From: Candidatus Aenigmatarchaeota archaeon
Lineage (GTDB): Archaea > Aenigmatarchaeota > Aenigmatarchaeia > QMZP01
Direction: 5' to 3'
Assembly: GCA_039091855.1 (NCBI GenBank)
Contig: JAWCLA010000004.1
Location: forward strand, 14,045-37,332
DNA length: 23,288 bases
In this document: positions 16,693 to 23,288 of the stretch, one piece after another
How the letters are laid out: the number at the start of each line of letters is the position of its first letter
Numbering within the stretch: the first letter of the stretch is position 1
Translations under genes and position numbers: made by a program
The notes under the pieces: model-generated
What the model was told of the DNA's origin: nothing
Database searches by the model: none
What the model saw: the letters and a program-made list of their open reading frames with translations, nothing else

Positions 16693-16819
16693 ATGGAAAT
16701 TAAAAGGTTTGAGAAACCAAGTTTTCCATCACGAGGCAAAATTTAATTGGAAGCTTCGAAGGAGCTTCTCCGTTAAGTCATAAGGGTAATGACAGCCTGA
16801 ATTGTCACAGGCGAGGCAT
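16693..16819 (+). promoter_or_regulatory. Conserved leader element, copy 2 (upstream of radA)
   Basis: Homologous to the rpoN leader. Hairpin gaagcttc-gaa-ggagcttc (16750-16768). Ends TCACAGGCGAGGCAT-ATG. Confidence 0.75.
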
Positions 16820-17818
16820 ATGCCAAGGCTTTCAAAGGAAAAGGACATAGAGGAAGAGCAGGAAAAATCCACAATAGAGGATGAGCTCAGGAGCATACCA
16901 GGAATAGGGGAAAAAACAATAGAAAAGCTCAGGGAAAGCGGTTATGACAACCTTATGGCTATAGCCGCCGCGATGGCTTCTGACCTAGCTGCTGCTTCTG
17001 GTATTGGTGAGGAGACTGCAAACAAGATAATAAATGCCGCAAGAAGCAAGCTAAAAATGGGGTTTGAGCCCGCTAGCGAGGTATTGAAGAAGAGGGAAAG
17101 CATAGCTAAAATAACAACAGGCTCAAAGGCTCTCGATAGTCTTCTGGGAGGAGGCGTGGAAACGCAGGCAATACTGGAAGCCCATGGAGCGTTCGGCTCT
17201 GGGAAATCACAGCTTGCCCACCAGCTCGCTGTAAATGTACAGCTTCCACGTGAAAGAGGCGGGCTGGAGGGAAAGGCGGTATTCATAGACACAGAGCAGA
17301 CATTCAGGCCCGAAAGGATTGTTGACATGGCAAAGGCATTGGGCATTGACCCCAACAAGGCGCTGGAAAACGTGTTCGTTGCAAGGGCCTACAACTCAGA
17401 CCACCAGATTCTTCTTGCTGAAAAGGCAGAGGAGGTCATAAAGAGGGAAAACGTAAAGCTTATTGTTATAGACTCCCTTACTGCATCTTTCAGGAGCGAC
17501 TATATGGGCAGGGGAACCCTTGCGAACAGGCAGCAGAAGCTGAACCGACACCTTCACCACTTGCAGAGGATGGCAGACGTGTACAACCTTGCTGTTTATG
17601 TGACTAACCAAGTGATGGCAAGGCCTGACATACTTTTCGGCGACCCGACCGCGCCGATAGGGGGACACATAGTCGGGCATCAGGCAACATACAGGCTCTA
17701 CCTGAGAAAAAGCAAGGAAAACAAGAGAATAGCAAAGCTCATAGACTCGCCGTGGCTTCCCGAGGGAGAAACAGTTTTCACAGTAGGGACAGAGGGAATA
17801 AGGGACGTCGAGGATTAG
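16820..17818 (+). CDS. radA: DNA repair and recombination protein RadA
   Basis: N-terminal HhH (IPGIGEKT), [15 protein letters not shown], Walker [23 protein letters not shown], Walker B LIVIDS, TNQV, GGHIVGH. Confidence 0.97.
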   Translation: MPRLSKEKDIEEEQEKSTIEDELRSIPGIGEKTIEKLRESGYDNLMAIAAAMASDLAAASGIGEETANKIINAARSKLKMGFEPASEVLKKRESIAKITTGSKALDSLLGGGVETQAILEAHGAFGSGKSQLAHQLAVNVQLPRERGGLEGKAVFIDTEQTFRPERIVDMAKALGIDPNKALENVFVARAYNSDHQILLAEKAEEVIKRENVKLIVIDSLTASFRSDYMGRGTLANRQQKLNRHLHHLQRMADVYNLAVYVTNQVMARPDILFGDPTAPIGGHIVGHQATYRLYLRKSKENKRIAKLIDSPWLPEGETVFTVGTEGIRDVED

Positions 17819-17879
17819 GGATTTGTTCATTTTCTCGTCTTCCAATAATCTGGTCTTCAAAACAAAAAGGACATTTTGA

Positions 17880-18518
17880 TTATCTAGTAGAACGAAGTGG
17901 AACGAACACGCATCCAAAATACTCCTTTGTTTTCAGTTTGCCTCTGATTTTCTTTCCTGCTGTAAGCGTTTGTATGCCATAGGGCTCTCCAACAGGAGCA
18001 ACAATGATGCCCCCTTCTTTCAGCTGACTTACGAGTGAATTGAAAATGACTTTTGGTATTGCGCACGTAACTATTATCTTGTCAAACGGGGCCTTGGAAG
18101 GAAGCCCCTTAGAGCCGTCTCCTGACACAACCTCTACGTTCCTTATGCCTGTTTTTTTCAAGTTAGACTTTGCGAACTCGGTTAGCTCCGGAAAAACCTC
18201 AATGCTGTAGACCTTTCTCACAAGCACAGAAAGTACAGCTGACTGATAGCCCGAGCCTGTTCCTATTTCCAGTGCCTTGTCGGTTTTTTTGGGTTCAAGA
18301 AGCTCTGTCATTATTGCAACCATATGTGGAGCTGATATTGTCTGCCCATAGCCTATCGGAAGAGGGTGGTCAGAATATGCAGAATCCCTCATCTCTGCCG
18401 GTATGAAGTTTTCCCTTGGTATTTTCCTGAATGCATATTCTACCCTCTTGGTTTTTATATACCCCTCCGTCTTCAGGTTTGCTATCAGGCTTTCTCTCTT
18501 TTGTTCAAGACCAAACAT
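17880..18518 (-). CDS. pcm: Protein-L-isoaspartate O-methyltransferase
   Basis: IPRENF, AYSDHPLPIGYGQTISAPHMVA, LEIGTGSGYQSA, GDGSKGLP..APFDKIIVT, CVFVPL. Start reassigned to ATG 18518. Confidence 0.95.
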   Translation of the reverse strand: MFGLEQKRESLIANLKTEGYIKTKRVEYAFRKIPRENFIPAEMRDSAYSDHPLPIGYGQTISAPHMVAIMTELLEPKKTDKALEIGTGSGYQSAVLSVLVRKVYSIEVFPELTEFAKSNLKKTGIRNVEVVSGDGSKGLPSKAPFDKIIVTCAIPKVIFNSLVSQLKEGGIIVAPVGEPYGIQTLTAGKKIRGKLKTKEYFGCVFVPLRSTR

Positions 18519-18547
18519 AATATAAGATTGAAAAATCAAATTAAAGC

Positions 18548-19225
18548 ATGTTTTACGACCTTCACGTAAAGGCTGATGTTGAGAAGGCTGCCGAAATGGC
18601 AAAAAAACTTGGTTTCTCGGGAATAGGCCTAATTGTTCCTTGGGAAAAAAGGCAGGAAGTCCCAAATATGAGGGAAAGGGCAAAAAACACAAAGGGAATT
18701 GACATATCGGTTGGGGTTGAGCTTTCAGGAAAGGCAAAAGATATTCAGAAGATTGCAAGATCCATAAGAAGGCAGTACGAGCTTGTTTTAGCAAAAGGTG
18801 GAACAGAAGAAACCAACAGGACAGTGTTGGAAACTCCTGAGGTCGACATCCTTGTCAATACGAATCTTGAAAACGGGCAGCCTGGAATAAACCACATACT
18901 CGCGAGGCTTGGCGCGAAAAACAACGTGGCAATATGCTTTGATTTCAGGGAGGTATTGCAGAGCGTCAAAAAAACCCGCTCAGAGCTCCTCTCCTCATTG
19001 ATTGAAACTGCAAGGTTTGTAAGGAAATACAAATGCCCGTTTGTTCTTAGTTCAGGCGCGCTTAACGAGTGGGACATGAGAAGCCCATCGGAGCTGATTG
19101 CGTTCGGAAAATTCCTCGGGTTTGACGAGAGGCAGTGCAAGAAGGCGCTGAGCGGGGAAATCCTGCGCGAGAACAGGAAAAGGCTATCCGGAAAGTGGAT
19201 AATGCCAGGGGTGGAGATTGAATGA
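18548..19225 (+). CDS. rnp3: Ribonuclease P protein component 3 (Rpp30)
   Basis: MFYDLHV, LGFSGI, GGTEETNR, VDIL, INHILARLGAKNNVAI, PFVLSSGA...MRSPSEL, PGVEI. Confidence 0.9.
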   Translation: MFYDLHVKADVEKAAEMAKKLGFSGIGLIVPWEKRQEVPNMRERAKNTKGIDISVGVELSGKAKDIQKIARSIRRQYELVLAKGGTEETNRTVLETPEVDILVNTNLENGQPGINHILARLGAKNNVAICFDFREVLQSVKKTRSELLSSLIETARFVRKYKCPFVLSSGALNEWDMRSPSELIAFGKFLGFDERQCKKALSGEILRENRKRLSGKWIMPGVEIE

Positions 19226-19683
19226 GAATACAGCCGGAATTTCCGCTAAAGAGGAAGGGAAGCAAAGAAACAAATCAAGAGGTTAAGGATAATGAAAATA
19301 AGAGAAGAAGAATTTTTTATTTTGGCATTATTGCAGCTTTGTTTTTGGCTGTGTTATTGGCTGTGATTTGGACATACCCAAAGCCACAGACCTATCCCGT
19401 CCTTAGCGACTCGGCTGTTATTGCGGAGATGGAAAGGCTCAAGGTTGTGAATTCAGAGCCCAAGAAAATAAACCCTTCTGATTACCCCAAGGTTCTCGGG
19501 ATTTACTGGAAGAACAATCTCACTCTGGTGGAACAATACTACTGCTCTGACGTGTGCCCTGATTACGGAAGGGTGGACTTGGTTTTTCAGGGAATAGACT
19601 CTGCCGATTGTCCATCTGTTGGAGGAAGGGTTCTCCGCGATCTGGCTTGGGGCGGATATGTTGGATGCGAACCGAGGTTATGA
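19222..19683 (+). CDS. Single-pass membrane-anchored hypothetical protein with a Cys-containing extracellular domain
   Basis: Basic cluster KRRR then a hydrophobic helix. YYCSDVCPDY, CPSVGG and GYVGCEP motifs. ATGA overlap with rnp3. Confidence 0.75.
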   Translation: MRIQPEFPLKRKGSKETNQEVKDNENKRRRIFYFGIIAALFLAVLLAVIWTYPKPQTYPVLSDSAVIAEMERLKVVNSEPKKINPSDYPKVLGIYWKNNLTLVEQYYCSDVCPDYGRVDLVFQGIDSADCPSVGGRVLRDLAWGGYVGCEPRL

Positions 19684-19884
19684 TTTTACTTCCCAATATT
19701 GCTTCAGTATATCTTTCCAGTTTTTAGGCTCGTTTGGAATGTTTATTTCATAAACACCTTCACAGAGTTTTTTTATGTAAAAGCCTTTTGAGAATATATC
19801 AATTCCTGACTCATACAAAACAGAAGCCAATATGTCCTCCCTGTTATAAATCGTGTCCGGAACAAATATTAATGTAAGTGCCAT
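19678..19884 (-). CDS. Small hypothetical protein (~68 aa)
   Basis: ATG 19884 lies just after the thioredoxin-like gene stop. Fills otherwise unexplained sequence. No family recognised. Confidence 0.45.
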   Translation of the reverse strand: MALTLIFVPDTIYNREDILASVLYESGIDIFSKGFYIKKLCEGVYEINIPNEPKNWKDILKQYWEVKS

Positions 19885-19891
19885 AACGGTC

Positions 19892-20347
19892 TTAAAATAT
19901 CTTTCCAAAAAGCTCATCCTTTGTTAATGCCTCCCTTGTCCTCATAACCTCCTTCCCGTTCTTTACCAATATGAGAGTGTGATGGTTTGTCACGTTGAAC
20001 TTTTCCCTCAGTCCCGTGTTGAAGTCGTACTCAAAATACCTGAAATATTCAAACTCGTTCGGGCTTGATTTTTCTACGTGTTCAAGAAGCGACTCTATCT
20101 CAGATATCTGCGCTATGCAGACATCGCATCCTGATTCGTAAAAGAATATCAAGGCAGTTTTGTTTTGCGAAATCCAGTCCTCGAGCCTCTCGTGTGCCAT
20201 ATCTTGTAGATGGCTCGAAGGGATAAAGGTTTTCTCCACAGCAAGCCCTGTTGATGGGGTCTGAGAAACATATTGCTGCATATTAATTGAAATTAAGAAT
20301 GCAAAAAGGCAAACAAAACCGAAAGCAACGAAAACCAGCTTGCGCAT
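19892..20347 (-). CDS. Membrane-anchored thioredoxin-fold protein
   Basis: N-terminal TM/signal segment, LIFFYESGCDVC (CxxC), LREKFNV...TLILVKNGKEV. ATG 20347 after SD aaggtg. Confidence 0.8.
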   Translation of the reverse strand: MRKLVFVAFGFVCLFAFLISINMQQYVSQTPSTGLAVEKTFIPSSHLQDMAHERLEDWISQNKTALIFFYESGCDVCIAQISEIESLLEHVEKSSPNEFEYFRYFEYDFNTGLREKFNVTNHHTLILVKNGKEVMRTREALTKDELFGKIF

Positions 20348-20361
20348 TTTTGCACCTTTCA

Positions 20362-20652
20362 TCAGGCAACCCTTGGGCCCTTGAAGAATCCCTTCTCCTT
20401 GTTTTTGGTATTGCCTAGCGCCTCTCCCTGAGTCAGGGATTCTTCAACCTCGTCCTTCCTTAAAACGTTTTTAATCTCAATTGGGTGGAAAGACGGCTTT
20501 ACTCCCTTTGTTTTGATCCTTTCCAGGTCCCTGAATGCCTCAAGAATTGACTCAAGTTCCTCTGCAAACTTCTCAACCTCTTTCTCCGTGAGCTTCAGCC
20601 TTGCGATTTGTGAAACGTGCTGGACTGTCTCAGGGGAGATTTTTTTTGCCAT
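20362..20652 (-). CDS. gatC: Asp/Glu-tRNA amidotransferase subunit C
   Basis: ISPETVQHVSQIARLKL, NVLRKDEV, GFFKGPRV. SD aggtga. Confidence 0.93.
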   Translation of the reverse strand: MAKKISPETVQHVSQIARLKLTEKEVEKFAEELESILEAFRDLERIKTKGVKPSFHPIEIKNVLRKDEVEESLTQGEALGNTKNKEKGFFKGPRVA

Positions 20653-20661
20653 GTTCTATAT

Positions 20662-21819
20662 TCACCTTTCATTCTTATATAGCAAATCGCGTGCTTCTTC
20701 GACCCTCTTCTCCAGCATCAGTTCGAATATGCTCTCAAACTTCTGCGGGTCAAGTCCTGCTGCAGAAAGGTTTTGTTGCAGGATTTTCCTTCCCATTTCC
20801 TGGACAGAGACTCTTTGCTCTTCCAAACTCTTTGCCTCAATCTGCTCATCCTCAAACTCCTTCTTGAAGGATAATATCGCCCTGTCTTTAAACTTCTCTT
20901 CCAACGGACTTGTGTCAATCTCCTTCCCTGTTAGCTTTATTCTTATTATTGGTTTTTTATTATGCTGTTCCTCAAGGATTCTTTCAATCTCGTTCTCTAC
21001 GTCCTCTGTTTTTGGGCTTTCGAATGCCCTGTAGTAAACCTTTCTCTGGCTTTCAAGCTCCCTGAACTCAATATCTCTGGTTTTTGTGTCAACAACCCAG
21101 AACCCTCTTGACTGAACTGACTCCTTGTTAAGTTGGGTTTGTATTGTTGAGCCTGGTATCAGGACAGGTGCCTCTGAATGTTCTGATTGTTGGGGCTCGT
21201 GGATGTGACCAAAGACATAAAGGTCAAATCCCTCAGGAAGATTTTCCTTCTCTATGAAATTCTCTGAACACAAAAATGGCGAGATTGACTGGTGGAGCAT
21301 AAATATGTTGAAGCATCCCTTAACAGGCTTCGGGTCCCATTCCTTAATTATTGATTCGGCATATTGGTCGGGCACTCCTGAAAGGCCTTGCACGCATACT
21401 TTTTCGCCATTTTTTTCCAAAACAACACCGTTAGCGTGAAGATATATAACAAATCCTGCCTTTTCGAGCCCTTCAACAGGGTTCATAAGGCCCTTTGGTC
21501 TTCTCTCATGCGTACCGTGTATTGCTATCACAGGAACCCCTGTGTAATTGAGCGGTGAGTGGACAGAAAGGTCCTTTCCTATTCCCTCATAAACCCTTGC
21601 ACCACCCTTCCAGAACATTGTCTTCATAAAAAGTTGCATGGCGCGGACAAGGGTTTCTGTGCTGGGGTTTTTTGTGTCAAATATGTCTCCTGCAACAAGT
21701 ATGGCATCACATCCCTCGCTTGCATCTATTGATTCCTCTGCAGCCTCAAAACAGTCATTCTCCCTTTCAGTCCCAGTGCCGTAGCCAAGATGCATATCAG
21801 ATATTATGGATATTCTCAT
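20662..21819 (-). CDS. mre11: Mre11/SbcD-family DNA repair nuclease
   Basis: Metallophosphoesterase motifs SDMHLG, AGDIFD, IHGTHE, LHQ, GHIH and PGS, plus a capping domain. Confidence 0.88.
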   Translation of the reverse strand: MRISIISDMHLGYGTGTERENDCFEAAEESIDASEGCDAILVAGDIFDTKNPSTETLVRAMQLFMKTMFWKGGARVYEGIGKDLSVHSPLNYTGVPVIAIHGTHERRPKGLMNPVEGLEKAGFVIYLHANGVVLEKNGEKVCVQGLSGVPDQYAESIIKEWDPKPVKGCFNIFMLHQSISPFLCSENFIEKENLPEGFDLYVFGHIHEPQQSEHSEAPVLIPGSTIQTQLNKESVQSRGFWVVDTKTRDIEFRELESQRKVYYRAFESPKTEDVENEIERILEEQHNKKPIIRIKLTGKEIDTSPLEEKFKDRAILSFKKEFEDEQIEAKSLEEQRVSVQEMGRKILQQNLSAAGLDPQKFESIFELMLEKRVEEARDLLYKNER

Positions 21820-21849
21820 AGCTTTTAGTTGGAATAAAGGGATAAATAG

Positions 21850-23007
21850 TTATTTTCCTGACAGTGCCAAAAATACCAGTAAAAGTGAGAACATTCCTGC
21901 TATCTCAAAACCTATCGCTATACTTTGCGAAGAATATAGAAGCGTTATTGTGGTCAAAATCACAAAAACAGTCTTTCCGGCACCGAGCCAGAAGTCCCTG
22001 AAAACCACCCAGTTGAGCATATTCCCTTTCTTTGCCTTTTCGCAGAATTCAACATAGATGGGAACGCTTATTATTGTAGTGAATATTCCAGCAAGCATTG
22101 ACGCAAGAAATGCCTCAACAGGAGTCTCGATGAAAAGTCTTACTATGCAGGTAAGGGTGTATCCGAGAGAGCCGTATATTAGCATATTCCTGCGCCTTTG
22201 TGCGCTTGCGCTGAACTTTCCAACAAAAAGGGTGAGTATCGCTATCCCTGCACCGAAAAACGAGGCCGACAGTCCGGTGAAAAGCAAACCGAATTTCTGG
22301 TATACAAAAATGTTCCAGAGCAGAAAATCGTTTGCGAATATCACGCCCTGCACTATGAAAAATGCAAAGGATTTCCTCTCAAGGAAAAGCCAGGACTGCC
22401 TCATCCTAAGGCTGAAGCTCTTCTTGTAGTCCTTTGTGAGCAGGAATGGAATTTGGGAAATCGCTATCAGGGAGATAACTATTATAAAAACCTGAGAGAA
22501 GCCGATTTTGGACAGGAGGAAAGCTCCTATAAATGGAGCGACGGTTGCAGATATCTGAGGAAGGGCTGTAAGATAGCCAACCTGCACGGCGCTGTTTACT
22601 ATGTCCGAGTTCTTGACGAATTCTGCGTTGGTGGCAACCCAGTAAAGAATTGCCGAGAAGCCACCGAGAAGAGCAACGAAAAAAATGAAATCCGTTATGT
22701 AATTGACAAAGAAAAGCAAGGAGAAAAAAACTATTAGCATAGGAGCCCTGTATATTATCGTGTGCTTGAAGCCAATCCTTGCAGATATCTCTGCAGCTAA
22801 TGGGGTGAGCAAAAACATTGCACCCCAGTAAACCAGCATAAAGGAGAAGGATGTAACAATTGTGAACCCGTTCTCTATCAGGTATATGGGAATGAAGATG
22901 CTTATCAGTGAAACCGCAAAGGTCTCTATCACCTGGTTGAAATATATCTCTCCCATCTCGTCCTTCAGACGGGTTATGTTGAAAAGGGTTCTCAATTGTC
23001 TGTACAT
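21850..23007 (-). CDS. MFS transporter
   Basis: About 12 hydrophobic helices. SLISIFIPIYL, ARIGFKH loop motif, APFIGAFLL. Confidence 0.88.
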   Translation of the reverse strand: MYRQLRTLFNITRLKDEMGEIYFNQVIETFAVSLISIFIPIYLIENGFTIVTSFSFMLVYWGAMFLLTPLAAEISARIGFKHTIIYRAPMLIVFFSLLFFVNYITDFIFFVALLGGFSAILYWVATNAEFVKNSDIVNSAVQVGYLTALPQISATVAPFIGAFLLSKIGFSQVFIIVISLIAISQIPFLLTKDYKKSFSLRMRQSWLFLERKSFAFFIVQGVIFANDFLLWNIFVYQKFGLLFTGLSASFFGAGIAILTLFVGKFSASAQRRRNMLIYGSLGYTLTCIVRLFIETPVEAFLASMLAGIFTTIISVPIYVEFCEKAKKGNMLNWVVFRDFWLGAGKTVFVILTTITLLYSSQSIAIGFEIAGMFSLLLVFLALSGK

Positions 23008-23288
23008 ACACTTCGCCTTTTTAAAAACCAGGCTCCTTAGAAAAACACATAATGAGTCTTCCTTTCTAATAATTTATTGAAAAACAGAAAGGAAGGAGCC
23101 TCATAACTATTAAGGTTAACCATATAATAAAGCTGATTCCTTCGCTTCAACTCAATTATCTATGCAGTTTTTGTTCAGACAGTTTTTGGAAAGACGATTT
23201 ATTATATTGTCTAAAGTCTTCAATCGCTACAGGTTCCGAAAAATATAAACTCTATCAATTTTTATGGAGGGTTATAAACAGATCCAAC

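Noticed and set aside
16730-16783. Similar peptides HEAKFNWKLRRSFSVKS / HKAKVKWKFRRNFSFKS in the two leaders
   Set aside because: No ATG start in that frame, and many differences are non-synonymous while preserving base pairing.
18519-18794. Long N-terminal extension of the pcm ORF
   Set aside because: It is antisense to rnp3; Pcm homology starts at MFGLEQ (18518).
1-23288. CRISPR arrays, tRNA/rRNA genes, transposases, integrases
   Set aside because: No regularly spaced repeats, T-loop signatures or mobile-element proteins seen by eye; split or intron-rich tRNAs could be missed.

Overview
Archaeal chromosomal window, gene-dense and mostly housekeeping. The archaeal assignment rests on uL16/L10e, Rpo10, RadA, RPA, archaeal DnaG, a class I CCA enzyme and Rpp30. 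Scattered operons and divergent proteins suggest a DPANN-like lineage (inference only). Genes in order: partial MtrA-like/DUF4346-like gene, atypical thymidylate synthase, Trm11-like methyltransferase, dcd, rpl10e, coiled-coil protein, gltX, MgtE-cytosolic-domain protein plus NRAMP-related transporter, cca, CBS protein, small Cys protein, Toprim protein, dnaG, rpoN, rpa, radA, pcm, rnp3, membrane and thioredoxin-like proteins, gatC, mre11 and an MFS permease. No tRNA, rRNA, CRISPR array or transposase was recognised. The most notable unexplained signals are non-coding. (1) A ~100-nt modular element occurs directly upstream of both rpoN and radA (48/61 nt ungapped identity, hairpin with a compensatory change); the two copies form an inverted repeat around rpa. 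(2) Two ~280-300-nt intergenic regions (4274-4548 and 11907-12208) are extensively base-pairable and match no RNA family I can recognise. On the coding side, a corrinoid MtrA-like module sits beside a thymidylate synthase with altered substrate-binding residues. All pairings were found by eye, not computed.
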